Of a DNA stretch of 64,000 bases, positions 13,468 through 27,382 are shown one piece after another; within the stretch, counting starts at the first letter, position 1; each line of letters opens with the position of its first letter. A program made the position numbers and the translations under genes. Source of the stretch: Puccinia triticina (lineage: Eukaryota). A model generated the notes under the pieces. The model made no database searches. It was not told where the DNA came from and was given only the letters and a program-made list of their open reading frames with translations. The stretch is taken from NCBI GenBank assembly GCA_026914245.1, contig CP110440.1, positions 1,798,001 through 1,862,000 of the forward strand, in the 5' to 3' direction.

Positions 13468-15518
13468 AAGCAACCTTCAATGATTCCCAAAATGATATAT
13501 TACATGTCCACAAGGCCTTCAATCCTGAATATTATAAAGATTCACCTGAAGAATATATTGAGAAATTCCTGAACCCAATAAAGAGCACTCAATTCAAAAG
13601 AAAATGTAAGTTCTAATGAGACACAAATCATTCAGGGAATTCCCAACCTACCAACTGAATAGAAACCTTCCTCTGAAACTTCAAAATAGTACCAGAGCTT
13701 CCAGGATCTCAGAAAGAAAGAGAAAGTAAGAATCTCTGTTAGCCTACAGTATCTACTCTTACTACTGTTACTAACTACTATAATGGGTCAGTTCTGATAA
13801 ATCAGATTAAAAAGGATTTCAAGTCTCTTGGAGAAAATGTGGAGGCCAGTTTTCCCAAGGTTGATAATTCAGGACCAGATGAGTTGGAAATCCATAATAA
13901 ATTATTTGTTCCAGATGCTCTTGAGATGAAACACATCCATGGAAAAATAGCCATTCTGAAAGATAGTCGAGTGGCAAATTTGAAAGGAATATCCTCTACT
14001 CTTGTTATAAACCCAGAATATTACCCACCCATTCAGCTCATAACTGAGCCCAAAAGTGCTGAAAACAGGGATGCAAAACTACTTTTTGGTCAAATGGAAA
14101 AGTATGTTGAATCAAAACCACGTATCTCAGGAGAATTATGTTTAATACTGGAAAAAAAATCTGAAATTTGATGCTATTTCTGAATCTGAATTTTTATCTA
14201 GGGAAAATGTTGATCCTGGAGGTATTGCTACCTTTTCTGTCATGTCAACTACCAAAAATGAAGAAAATTTTACAAAGACAGAAAGAAAAAGCAGTACTCC
14301 AGAAGAGAGTCTTAAAAAACCAGTGCCCTTAGCTGAAGATAATAAGCAGACTGTTATGAAAATGATTGCAAAACAAGTAGCTGAAGATACAATAGATCTG
14401 ATTAAGAAGAGCAGCCCCAAAGACTACCCTCCCAAGCAGACAGAGTTCCTCATCCACAGGCTTGGATTCCAGGCACTTTATTTCATGTACAGGAATCATT
14501 TGATTAAGCAAAATGATTTTGCCTCTCTCTTTACAAAAGAGGCTTTAGATGAAGCTGTGGAAAACATGTTTCACAACTACATGATCTATGATCAACCAAA
14601 TTTGTTTGGCACCAACTATGTAGAGGATTGCAAGAATTTTTTCAATGGCTGGTATGCTTCACAAGAGAGAGAGATGTTTTCAGGTAGTCCACTTTCCACT
14701 TTCAACCAATTATTTCTCTTTAAACTGACATGTTTGATTATTTAATTCTAATAACACACAAATCTTTCAAAGTTCTTCAATCCAGACCGCAAAGATTGTT
14801 CTCATTCTATTCAGTAAAACAGATATTCAGGAAATACCATAAGCTACCTCCAAGCCAGAAGCATCCACTTTGGGAAGTTGCAATTAAAGGTATTGAAAAA
14901 GACTTTTTTCAAAAGGATAGCCTTTTCAAACTTTTTGAAAAATTAAGATTTCTCTCAAGGTCTGACCACAAAAACTTATTCAAAGACCTCAAGGCATCAT
15001 TGCTGCAAATGTATCATGTTTTTGAGCTGATTGAAGATGCAGATCCAAATGGAGAATTTCAAAATGAGATATCAGTTCTGTTTCAATTGATCAGATTTCT
15101 CAGGGAAAACTATCCAGAGTTAAGGGATGTACATGTTGACCCAGAATTTGACCAGAAATATGCTCTGATGGATGAAACCAGTCAATTCCATGGAAAATTA
15201 GATAACATTAAAATATACACAGAGATAAATTTTGGTCAAAGCAATCCATCTCCCTTGAGTGTTGAATTTATCCAAACTAGCAGAAAAGGATCATTAATGC
15301 AACAACTGGATGAATTGGATCAAATCTCAAAATATATCCAAACAATTTTCTCAGAACATAACCTAGCCATTCACAAGATAGTTGGAGGTGAGCAAGAGAA
15401 TAGATACTGTGATCACTATAGAGTAAAATCCAGGGTGGAATTACTTCAAACTAGGCTAAACAAATTGAGAGATGAAGTATACATAAAATCAATTTTCCAA
15501 TGGTGTAACTCAGAATAG
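13468..15518 (+). CDS. Multi-exon lineage-specific hypothetical protein (5' exon not located)
   Basis: Open exons ~13468-13605, 13690-13725, 13792-14121, 14201-14682, 14773-15518 joined by GT-AG introns (TACTAAC branch ~13769). No recognisable domain. Confidence 0.7.
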
Positions 15519-16646
15519 TATTGTGGCAAACTTGCCTCTTTTTCATAACAATTGTGATTGATTACATAATCTCAATTTTGACTGGATTGATTAGATCCTC
15601 CCCCTCCTTAGCTTGTTAGAGGAAATCTCAGACTGATCTTTCACCTTGTATCTAGACTCACTGGCCTATTTGATCTCTCTCACATCTTATTATGCTTTGA
15701 AGTTGAGCATTAGTGGAAATCCATTGTGTACACACATCTATTTTAATGTTGTCTGGTGTCTTGCTTTTTTTTTCTTGACAAATTTCAAGGAACTTGGCTT
15801 TGAAATTTGCAGAGAACCTCAGCTTTTTGGCAATCACACAAATCTGCGGATGAAAGAAAGCTAGGTATAAGTACCAATAATTGAAGATGAATATTAGATT
15901 GCTTACCTTTTTAGAATGCTTATATTTCATTTATGCTTCTACTATAGTATGTCAGCTTGGTCTTGTATTTAGTGTTGTCTCAGCTCAGATCCTTGAGTCT
16001 TTTCCTAACTGAATACAAACCACCTTTATCTCTGTGTCCAGTCCAACTGTCACAAGACAGTCCGGTGTCTTCAGTCCTGCAACCCTTGTGCCCCTCAACA
16101 TACCTTGGACAAACTGTGTTTGCAAGATTCAACCGGTCACATGGCTTGCTGGTTTGACCTTCAGAATGTAATTCTTCCAAAGCTCTTTGCGTTTGAGAGT
16201 GCTGAGTCCAGTTGGACATGCCGGCAGCTGATCTCCTCCCGCAGTCAATCCCCCTTGCTGGCCTTGCTCTGATCAGTTGAACATACTTGAGACTTGAGTG
16301 AATGCTTCAGCAGTTGAGTTGGTTTGGAGTTTTGATGGGACACATGACTACCCCTACTCTTGTCAGAAACCAAAATAGATGTGCACTATGGAAATTCAAC
16401 CAAAGAATCAAAACTTCATGAGTCTTTCTTTAACCACTAAGCTAAGTGCGCTGATGCATGCTGGGCTCATTTAGTCTAGAAATTATCCGCCGTTATGCTT
16501 GTATTTAATCCTGGGATGAAAAGTCTTATTGACATTGCTTACCATTATATCAGGACCATCAAGTCTAACAAAGAGTGGGTTTCAGAATGCTTAGAGCAGG
16601 AATGGAATATAACAACTCTTGGGGTTGCAGAGAAAATTATTGCACT

Positions 16647-16880
16647 TAGATGATTGGACAGTGGTCACTCTGATCATGATTGATGTGGTAGGCTCAGAAT
16701 GTGCTTCAGTCACCAAAAATAAGGGAGATTATTAAAGGGTGCTAGCATCAACAAATCCAGGAACTGTATTTGTTAATGTTTGCCCCTTCTAACAATCTTT
16801 TGGCCTTATTTTTGGTCACTGAAGTGCATTCTGAGCCTGCCATATCAATCATGCTGAGAGTGGCCACTGCCTAATCTGTA
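16647..16880. mobile_element. Hairpin MITE (Tc1/mariner-like, TA-flanked)
   Basis: About 80-bp inverted arms (CAGTGGTCACTCTGATCATGATTGAT... / ...ATCAATCATGCTGAGAGTGGCCACTG). Confidence 0.65.
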
Positions 16881-18468
16881 GGAATTATAGGTCAAGTACT
16901 TTATTGCAGCAGATATCAAAAGCTAATAGTAGTAGATAACTGAAAGAAAAAAGAACAAAGAAAAAAAAGAAATAAGCAAGATAGACAATGATATGAAAGA
17001 ATGAAATCATCTTGTACCTTTTGATAAACTAGTTGTTGGATTTTCATCTTCCTTCTGCTTCCTCTCCCATCTTCTTCTCTGATCTTTGTTTCCTTGATCA
17101 GTAAAGTCATACACTCATGAACCCCCTCACATTGTTTCTGCTTTTATCATTGGTCATGTGTCCCACATACTATCTTGTTGACTTTGATCCCTGATTAGAT
17201 TAGTGTTCCACTTTCCTCTTGTTACTGCTTATATCATTGTGTGCGGGTTCTTTACTGGTGACAGGTATTTTAACTTGTGAAATATGTCTCAGAGTTCTAG
17301 ATTATTCTATTCATTTCTTTTCTATATTCATTATTGCTCTCACCCACAAGTTGTTTACATGTAAATAGCCTAGTCCACTGCAATCAACTCATTGGTTCTC
17401 TCCTTCTTTTTCCGTGCCCCATTTGAGCCGCATCCAAAGAGATCACCATCCTCGCTGCCCTTTTCTCAAGCCTCTGGCTCATCTCTTGTCATTACTTGTA
17501 TGAAGCTCTGCGTCACTAGTCCTAGCTACGACTCTGAAATAGACACTGGGAATATTATAGGAGATAAATGAAAATAACCGCAAGCCTGAGAAAAGAAGAA
17601 AGAGATTAGAACAACATTCAAAAAGATCAACACAAGTTGAGAAAAGAAATGAAATCCAAATGAGAATGTGGTCTACCTCCACTTGAGTTAGATCCGTGCT
17701 CCTCCTGAGTTTCCTTGGTCCAAGCAAGCAAGTGTAACAGAACTAGTGTTGAGCAGTTTGGTTGAATTCAACAGTGCATTGTGGGATACAAGTTCAAAAG
17801 CGGTTAGTACTTGCTGGTTCTTCTCAAGTCTGAGTTTTTCACTTGTGGGCCGCGCACTTGAACTCTAGTCTTCACTGCACTTTGCATAGGACCATGCACA
17901 TGACACACAAACTCAAGCTCCCTGGCGCAGTTCAGGATTATTTAGTCAACATAATTGTTGAGTTTTTGTCCTCAGTCCTGAACTTTATTGCCTTCTGCCC
18001 TCAAAGATCAGTACAACAAGCCTAACCTAACTTAGAGTTTATTTTATGCTGACCCTGTATGCAATGACAGTGGCATTGAAGCCACTGAGGACCGCATCAA
18101 TGAGATCCCCGGCAGAGCCAAGTTCTTGTGAGCCTAGGATTTTACAAAGGCAATGTTGATGGCCGTTTCTCGGCCCGTAGCTGCACGGCTGCAAGAAAAG
18201 GCGCCTTCAGTCAATGAGCCTATATATTTACCAACCGCTTTCACCAAAAATTTGTGGCACATCAAACCAAGGTGAAATCGACCTAACTGAGGCGGATTGG
18301 GGCGTAGAGTTGGTATATGGGCTGTCAATATAAACACAACACTGAAAAGGTTTTTTAATAACTAGTTGTCTAGAGATTGCCAAGTGGACCCGCGGGCAGG
18401 TACCTGGCACCCCCGTGCTGGTACCCACCACATGGTGTTGAGTACCTGCGCGCGGGTGCCCTGTACGG

Positions 18469-19551
18469 TGTTGTATTCTTTATGGTTACCCATCTAGCCC
18501 ATTTCAAAATTTCCTTTTTTCTCATATGTACACTCACAAATTACCCCATACGGCAACACCACTGGATTCTACGGCCAAAACTACACAGGAAACCATGGAC
18601 AACACAACTTAAAACCCCTCTGGATCACAAGTTACAACCCCTTCAAGACACCATCATTCAGTTACATACACACAAAACACCATACTCAGGTCATGTAATC
18701 TATTACATGAACTGCACTTACCCAGGACATGTAATCAGTTACATGGACCACCCTGACAGCTTGTCTACCCTTTACATTTACTTTACCTCATCAGCTGCAC
18801 TCATTACATTGTGCTATGCCCATGTCATGCAGTGTCATGCAGTTTTATGCACATTTGATGCAGGCTTGTGCAGTCTTATGCAGGTGCATGCAGACTAGTG
18901 TAATAGGAGCTGCAGTCTGACAGTTGACAGATGACATCATGCAGGTATCAAGATAGCAAAAACCCCTCATGCAGCTTGCAGATGACATCAGTTGAGAGGC
19001 CAGTCCAGCTAAAACATCTCACTACCTATTTCTCACTAGCTAAATTCCCTCATATGACATCATGACCTCATGTGACCTATCAACCACCAGCCAAAATACT
19101 TCATTGTAGCTTTCAGGGCAGCTAAAACCCCTCATTCTCTTGTTCCCCTGGAGCTAAAATGTCTCACTCTTTTCTATTTAAGGAGGCTCTCCTCCCCCCA
19201 GTTGTAATTTCTCTCAGCAAACTACTTGCACTCAGCTTACCCCATAACAGTACAATACTTGCTCACTCTACAGTATTAGCCCCACTCTATATTGTGGTTT
19301 TACACCCTTACATATAAATTACAACCTCATTACAACACTTACACATCAGCTACACCACCATACCCTTAAGCCACCTGCTCAAAGTAGGCTATCTTTTGAT
19401 ACACCTCCACTATCACTACATTAAAAATTCCAATCGTAGATTGGGGGGCTTGTTTTAGTGTCTAGTGACCCAGGAAAGGCAGAGGTAACCTCAAACATCC
19501 CTTTCCGCACTCAGAAAAATGTTCTCAGGAACAATTTTGAGCTTTACAACA
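18469..19551. mobile_element. Probable solo LTR inside the hAT left end
   Basis: TGTTGTA...TACAACA inverted termini interrupting the hAT subterminal sequence. TSD not evident. Confidence 0.5.
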
Positions 19552-19899
19552 GGTCCGGGTGCGGAATTCGGGCAAAAAAGCACCAGGTTAGGGCTGGATC
19601 CTGCGGGGTACCCAGCCAATTTGAGCTAGCCCGGTGCCTGTCCGGCGGGTATACACGTCACTCAGGTACCACAATCAAGTCGCCCAAGCCATCCCCGCGG
19701 GAATTGGGAACGGGAACAGGGTACCTGCGGGATTGACAGGCCACGGGTATACCCGCCGTCCCGCGGGTATACCCGTGGCCCGTTCCCAATTCCTGCGGGT
19801 ACGGCCTGTAGAGGCCCAGGGGCCAGAGCTGTTGCACCACTTGTATGACCATCTTCCCGAACTTCACAGTCCACAGCAACATGACTCGCAATACTCAAG

Positions 19900-22212
19900 A
19901 CAATGAAGAAATCAATGTGATAGGAACACCTAAGCAAGACCACCCCAAAAACCAAAAGGCTGAATTGTAAACCGCTCCCTTGCAGAGAAGTTGGGTTTGG
20001 GCGCACTCCAAGGTTACTGAGGACAGCAAAAAGGTAAAATGCCAAGTAACTACTAAGTAGAAAAGCACCCCGTGCGATCAGATTCTATGATGAGACCCAA
20101 CTGGAAGTACAAAGTCGATGAGTGAGCACCTTAGACAACTTCACCAAATATTACCACCTACCCAGGAAAAGACAAATCAGCTGTTGCTCCCCAACTTATT
20201 GAAAAATCAACAAGTTGAGCAGCGTGTAAGTTTTATTTTTAACGCACTTGAGCCTTTTTTTGGGCTGTTGAAACTTGACTCTCTCTTATAGCCTGTACTT
20301 ACAGGCAATCTGCTCAAACAAGCCATTGCATACCTTGTTGCCAAGGCTGACTTACCGCACTCAATTGTTGATTGCAAATCATTCAAGCATCTCAGGGAGT
20401 TGCTCAATCCAGCAACATTGAACATGGAATTTGGAAGGAAATGTATCTCCAGAGAGGTCCACATGCTCTATGTTGCCCACCGGAACCATCTCCAGGACCA
20501 GCTCCAACAGATGAAGTATCTCTCCTACACCGTTGATGCGTGGACCTCGCCAAATGCAAAGGATTTCATGGCCATCACAGCACATGTAATTACCTTGGAT
20601 TGGAAGATTTTGGATGTTCTTGTTGGAATGCCACCAGTGAATGGTGAGTATTTTATTTACAAATAATAATAAAAAATTCAAATTGATGTGTATGTGAATG
20701 CAAACTAGGTCGTCACACTGGCCAAAATTTTGGTGATACTTTTGTTGATTGCCTTTTTGACATGGAAATCTCTGATGCTTTGAACTGCATCACCGCTGAC
20801 AATGCATCAAACAATTCAACACTAGCAACGCAAGTTGAACATTGATTGGGTGGGGTTTTCTTTGCAAATACTCAGTTGTTAGGTTGTATGGCCTATGTCA
20901 TCAACCTTGCCGCCCACAATGGGCTCAAAGCTTTCGGGAATGCACCTAGCAAAAACAATGCTGAACAGGAATTTACCTTGAATAAGATGGATCTCAATGC
21001 AATTATGGATTGCCCGGATGGATCTAGCATTAAGCTTCAGACAATCATCTCTCGAATTCATGGACTAGCAACCTATGTCCAAGGATCACCGCAACGTCGT
21101 GAAGGGCTTCAAGCTGTCATAGATTTTGTAAACAGCCAATCTCAACAAGCTCGCCCCATCAAGAACATGACTTTGGTGTTGGATGTTTGCACTCGTTGGA
21201 ACTCCACCTACTTGATGCTTGAACGCGCGCTCAAACTAAGATCAGTCTGCAAAACATTCTGCGGTTCAAGGGGTGAGGTAGCCAAATTCGCACTCCTCAA
21301 GGTTGAATGGGAAAAACTTAAGAAAATGACCGAGTTCTTGCCACCACTCCACAAGGTTACCAATATACTCTGTTGCCCAAAGTACCCAAAATCAACAATG
21401 GCCCTTCCTATTTACATTTCACTGATCAAAAACATCTATCAAGTACGATTGACATATAACTCGGAACAGCTCATTCCAGCTGCTGATGACATGGTGGGAA
21501 ATCTATCAAAATACATCATCCTGGCCTTAGATAAACCTGCCCCAATCTGTGTGATGATTCTTGATCCTCAAATCAAACTAAGCTATTTTGAAAAAAACAA
21601 AAATTTCTTTGCTGCTCATAACATATTGGACATTACGCCGGAAGGAGCGGTGAAAATCTTTGGAGCAAAGGCAAAATCCTTTGATAGAAGTCCTAGTCAA
21701 ACTGTTACTGCTAAAGACAATGCTACCGGTGCCAGAAAATCAGCCAAGTTGGTCAAGACCCCAAAACTGAGCGTGATTGAGGCCAACATCTTTGGGTTTG
21801 CGTTGGTTGCAAACAACTTGAACACAGAGATCAATCAGTACATTTCTGAGGTAAATGAAAGGCCAAGCTGCGACATCCTTGCCTATTGGTCCCGAAACAA
21901 AAAAACTACCCTTCCTTGGCTTTGATGGCCACCTGTTTCCTTGGTATCCCGGCGACAAGTGCACCTTTGGAACAAGCCTTTTTGTGATCAAAGATGATCA
22001 TCAGTTCCCAAAGACATAGTCTTTGCAGCTCTTCAATCAAGAACCTTCTCTGTTGGAAGGAATGGTACCAGAAGTTTGATAAAATGATGGACTCCTCTAC
22101 TGTTACCCTCCACCCAGAAGACAACACAGCTTTGCATAATTCCGATGGCAACAACGCTGACAACGGCAATGATGAAGATGGAATCAATGACAACAACAGT
22201 GAGGATGATTGA
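19900..22212 (+). pseudogene. hAT transposase pseudogene with BED zinc finger
   Basis: AKCQV..CDQ..MSEHLRQLH (BED), YTVDAWTS, ITADNASN, DVCTRWNSTYLMLERA and LGIPATSAP (dimerisation) motifs. Two introns, with stops and frameshifts. Confidence 0.9.
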
Positions 22213-22260
22213 CCTCCCTAATTATTATTGCATTATTATAAAATATCATTCACCTCCTAC

Positions 22261-22655
22261 TAGCAACAAAGGGTAGTTACGCTACGCGTAACGCGTAGAT
22301 AACGGTAACGTAACAAAATATTTGTCGTTATCTACGTGTTACGCGTAACGGCAGTGCGATTACGTTATCGCAACACGTTGAGCTGGTTTTTTTTATGCTT
22401 GTTGCGTTATCCGGGCGCGCGGAGCCCTTGAGAACGGGCAAAAAATGAGGCTAAAAAGCCTTGAATGGTCCGTTATCGCGTTATCCGGGGGATAACGCGA
22501 TAACGGGCCTCATTTTTGAGGCCTGTTACGTTACGCGCGGGGCCTGAAATGAACCCGTTACTAGTAAATTAACGGGGGGCCCCGGATAACGGGGGTAGTT
22601 ACGTTACCAAAATTGCGCGGATAACGCAACGTAACCTAACTACCCTTCGTTGCTA
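22261..22655. mobile_element. MITE rich in TAACG/CGTTA motifs
   Basis: TIRs TAGCAACAAAGGGTAGTTA / TAACTACCCTTCGTTGCTA. Confidence 0.65.
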
Positions 22656-22974
22656 CTAGTTACAACATGCTATTTTGAACACCTGAAATTTAAATTTAGA
22701 ACCACCCTTTGTTTATTTCTTTTGTGCTGATAAGTGATAGTACCCTCCTGACCAATGTGTGATACCCAATATACCCTTGGGTATCTCTGAGGGCGCCCGT
22801 GGACCGTACCTGCCAGGTAGGCCAAGTACGGTCCAGGCAAAGAGGCGTCCCGGAGCCCTATACCCGCGGGGCGGACCACGGTTATACCCGGAGAGGCTGA
22901 GAATGGGGGCCAGCCCTACACCCGCGGCAGGCGGGTCTTCCAGGTACCCGGGTACCTGCTGTTACGGTCACCGC

Positions 22975-23404
22975 CTTGAGATGACCGGGGCAGATCCTGG
23001 TCATCAAGGGGAATCAGCCCTCTCAATGACTGGGATAGACCCCGGTCATCTCTTCTTGATGAGCGGGATAGATCCCGTTCATTGGGAGGAATCAACCCTC
23101 TTGATGACCAGGACAAATCCTGGTCATAGGGAGGAATGAGCCCTCACAATGACCGGGACAGACCCCGGTCATTGAGAGGAATTCAACCCTATTCTAGGTG
23201 ACTGGGACAGGACCTGGTCATCAAGAGGAAACAACCGTCTTGATGACCAGGACAGAACCCGGTCATCAATAGGAAACAACCCTCTTGATGACCGGGATAG
23301 ACCCCGCTTATTGAAAGGGTTGCTTCCTCTCAATGACTGGGACAGACCCTGGTCATCAAGAGGAAACAAGCCCCTTGATGAGCGGGGTTTATCCCGGTCA
23401 TTGA
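22975..23404. repeat. Tandem array of ~40-bp hairpin units, continued at 27791-27930
   Basis: Unit ~GATGACCGGGATAGACCCCGGTCATCAAGAGGAAACAACCCTCTT, about 10 copies plus about 3 beyond the insertion. Confidence 0.85.
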
Positions 23405-25275
23405 TGTAAGAATTTGGAAAAATAAGAGATATATTTCTGTGATTAGAAAATGACTTGATAATGGGAAGCTATGTACATCAAATGTCAGGCGCGGTGATGC
23501 CAAGAGTATATGTACTCTTCTAGCTACACCAGTGACTTCGCAGCGGTGCAGTAGTGCGCGCGGCAAAAGCGCGGTAGAAAATGCCAAATAACTTTAAAGT
23601 TATTTGTAATGAACCCAAAAAGGGGTTTAACGGAGGGGCCAGGAGCACCTGGGGTGTTTAAGTGCCCTCCAAAAGTCTTACAGGGTCTGTGCACGGGTAC
23701 ACAGAGGTTTTTTTAAAGCCTGTGACGTCTGGGGCCCAGTTAAGGGGCTATTTCGAACGTATAGAACGTTCCCAGGAGATGGCTTGGGATAAAAATCCCT
23801 ATATAAGATAGAAATAGCGGACTTACTCGTAGAGTCGTAGAGAGAGTCCGCAACAAAAAAAACAAAATATGACTCAAAGGAACCGAGATCAAAGGATGGG
23901 CAGGCTGGCGAACAAGTCGGGTAGACGAGGGCGAGGCTGGAGGTACTGCGAAATGGTTGGTATGAATCCGGGGAGGCTTTTACTCACTCAAAAGCCTCCC
24001 TTTATAAGATCTTGCCGCGACCGGTGGGGTCGCCTTTTGTTTTGCAGATCCCTCGAGGCTTCTTGGCCGCGGGAAAGACTAGTTCTGACAGGAGTGATTG
24101 AGTGTTCTGTTACTCGCATCACTCCTGTTCATCTTGTTTAACGACGAGTGGAGCTCTTCCTTGGTCCGAGGAAGAGTTCTACTCTTTGTGTTGTTTTTTG
24201 GTTGTCCATATTTGGCTGGGGGAGAAGCAGTAGTTTACTTCTTTACTACTCTCCTCCGGCCATTTCCAATAGAACTTTCTATTGTTGTTTTGTTTAGTTC
24301 AAGAATTGCAAACCCGTTCTCTTGGCCTGAGAACGGGTTTTGAACATAGATACGTTCCTTCTCCGGCTGATTCTTTTGGCAGAATTTCTGTCAATGTCTC
24401 CTCGACTCAATTCCGCAGTCGAGGGGATGCATAATGAATATTCTTTTGAGCAGGGCTCTGCGCCGCACTTAATATTCAATAATAAGTGTATTTTTCTCCT
24501 TTATGCACGGCGCTCTGTGCCGCTACTAATGATACAAAAAGTATTGTATATTGTTTTTGTTTTTTATTCTTTTTAGTATTGCTACATATAGTTCAAATAG
24601 TTAGCCGGGCTCTAACTTATTGTAGTAGCCTGGCTGACATTGGAGAAGATGGAGTATGATTGGAAAAACAATCTGGATAGAAATGAATCTGTGGAAATTG
24701 TAATCACCTAAGAGCAGGCAAACTTGCCATGCTATCTTTTATGTCTGAGGTTATGAGAGTGGACTGTGAGGTCTGTGAAGGAGAAGGGATTGGCAAGATT
24801 TGAGAGAGAGAAGAATGACAAATGTCTGTTGCAACACGTTAGCTTGTTGCTTATGATTAAATATGTGGCTAGGCTAAGAGGGAGTACCTCTTCTATTCTG
24901 CACGCTGGTGCTAATGTCCTGAAGCTATGAAAGCAAAGAGTCAATCCTGTCAGATCTGAGTAATGTACAAAATCTGGATTAGCTACTATTACTAGCACCT
25001 GCTATCAACGGTGGGCTGTTACAGTTAACCATAACCGTAAAGTATTGTAAAGTATCAAAAAATAAGTTACAATACAGAAAATTAAGATTATCGAGTGTAT
25101 AAAATAAGTTAACTATAACACCCACGGGTGCAAAAATACGCAAAAATACCCTAAATAACAGCAAATATTGGCCATTTTTCATAGATACAGCCAAAAATTA
25201 TGTATTGTAATTTATTGTAAAGTATTGAAAATTCAATATTTTTTTGATAAAATTAACACCTTTTTCTTAAAAATA

Positions 25276-27084
25276 GGGAGTTGAAAAATCGACTCCCATG
25301 AATTAATTAATTGACTCCCAAAAGTCGTTTACGTCGCGCGGACCGCCTCTGGACATCCATCCCCGGTCCGCGGGACCAAAGTTTGACCCGCGCACATTTT
25401 GGGAGTCGGAAAATTAATTCTACTCTCCAGAATGGGAGTCGGAACTTTAATTTCACAAAAAATGACAGAAAATAAAGAAAAATTTATACCTCCGCACTGG
25501 GGCACCTACAGCCCCCCAAAATTTTACAGCGGCCATCAAGCACTCTGAATAACACCTGATGAGCTTCACGGAATTTGCACACCCCAGGAAAGGGGTGTGC
25601 TACTGTGGGTCTAACTTGGTGGATTTCCTTAGTAGGAAATCCGCCAAAGCCTTAGCTAAAGTGCCCCAAAGCCTTAGCTAAGGTGCCCCAAAGCCCCCCA
25701 AGATTTTAAAGTGGCACTGGGAATAATAGCCTCTGAACGGCACATGGTGAAATTCTTGGCAGTAGTAAATCCCAGGAAAGGGGTGTGCTACTGTGGGTCT
25801 AATTTGGCAGATTTCCTACTAAGGAAATCCGCCAAGGCCTTTTCCACAGTGCCCCAAAGCACCAAACTTTTGGATCATGAAATAAAATACTCTGTAACCA
25901 AATGGTTAGCTGCAAGGCAGTAACACACCAGCATAAAATAATTTTGAGGCAGCAGGGGCTTTTGGTTATATCTGCTACTAATTGCCTCCACAACAGATAA
26001 TAGTGCCTCCGCAACAGTTGATAACGCCTCCGCAAGAGTTAATAGTGCCCCCGCCACAGCTAATAGTGCCTCCACCACAGTTAATAGTGCCTCCGCCACA
26101 GTTAATAGTGCCTCTGCCACAGTTAATAGTGCCTCTGCCACTGTTAATAGTGCCTCCGCCACAGTTATGTTGCGGAAGCATTATTCGGACACACTATTGA
26201 TTGTGCCGGGCACACTATTAACTTTGAAAGAGGCACTATTAACTGTGGCAGATACACTATTAACTATGCAGGAGGCACTATTAACTGTTGCGGAGGAACT
26301 ATTAACTGTGGCGGAGGCACTATTAAATGTGGCGGATGCACTATTAACTGTGGCGGGGCACTATTAACTCTTGCAGAGGCGCTATCAACTGTTGCGGAGG
26401 CACTATTATCTGTTGCGGAGGCAATTAGTAGCAGATATAACCAAAATCCCCTGCTGCCTCAAAATTATTTTATGCTGGTGTGTTACTGCCTTGCAGCTAA
26501 CCATTTGGTTACAGAGTATTTTATTTCATGATCCAAAAGTTTGGTGCACTTTGGGGCACTGTGGCAAAGGCTTTGGCGGATTTCAATTAGACCCACAGTA
26601 ACACACCCCTTTCCTGGGGTTTCCTACTGCCAAGAATCTCACCATGTGCCATTCAGAGGCTTTTATGACCACTGTAAAATTTTGGGGGGCTTTCGCGCAC
26701 TTTAGCTAAGGCTTTGGGGATTTCCTACTAAGGAAATCCACCAAATTAGACCCACAGTAGCACACCCCTTTCCTGGGGTGTACAAATGCCGTGAAGCTCA
26801 TCAGGTGTTATTCAGAGTGCTTGATGGCCGCTGTAAAATTTTGGGGGGCTTTAGGTGCCCCAGTGCGGAGGTATAAATTTTTCTTTATTTTCTGTCATTT
26901 TTTGTGAAATTAAAATTCCGACTCCCATTCTGGAGAGTAGAATTAATTTTCCGACTCCCAAAATGCGCGCAGGTCAAACTTTGGTCCTGCGGACCAGGGA
27001 CGGACGTCCAGAGGCGGTCTGCCTGACGTAAACGACTTTTGGGAGTCGATTTATTAATTCTTGGGAGTCGATTCTTCAACTCCC
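25276..27084. mobile_element. Foldback non-autonomous DNA transposon (~0.9-kb inverted arms, central 21-bp minisatellite)
   Basis: GGGAGTTGAA...TTCAACTCCC termini with exact 8-bp TSD TAAAAATA. Arms are reverse complements of each other up to the centre at ~26175. Confidence 0.9.
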
Positions 27085-27166
27085 TAAAAATAACAGTCAA
27101 TGTGTTATGCGTTTAGGCCTAAATATTGTAACGTAACGCATTGGCCCACTGTTGCTGCTGTTTCCG

Positions 27167-27382
27167 CACTGCCAGCATAATTGGCTGGGTTGACTTTATC
27201 CCAGTTTAACTGGGATGCAATCAACCAATTTAAACTGGGTTGATTTCAACCCATGGAATATGATTCCAAGGGGGGTACCTTGGATTTATATTTCATCAGT
27301 TGAGATCAACCAAGTTCAAATTGGTTGTATGTGTCCCAGCTAAACTGGGATAATTTCAACCCAGCCAATTATGCTGGCAGTG
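27167..27382. mobile_element. Palindromic CACTA/EnSpm-type MITE
   Basis: CACTGCCAGCATAATTGGCTGGGTTGA TIRs; 3-bp flanks CCG/CCA. Confidence 0.75.

Noticed and set aside
22975..23404. CRISPR-like array of palindromic repeats
   Set aside because: The linkers are short and similar to each other rather than unique spacers, there are no cas genes, and the context is eukaryotic transposon DNA.
25875..26367. Heptad-repeat proteins (AEALLTV)n / (PPPQLIV)n
   Set aside because: These are translations of the 21-bp minisatellite, open on both strands.
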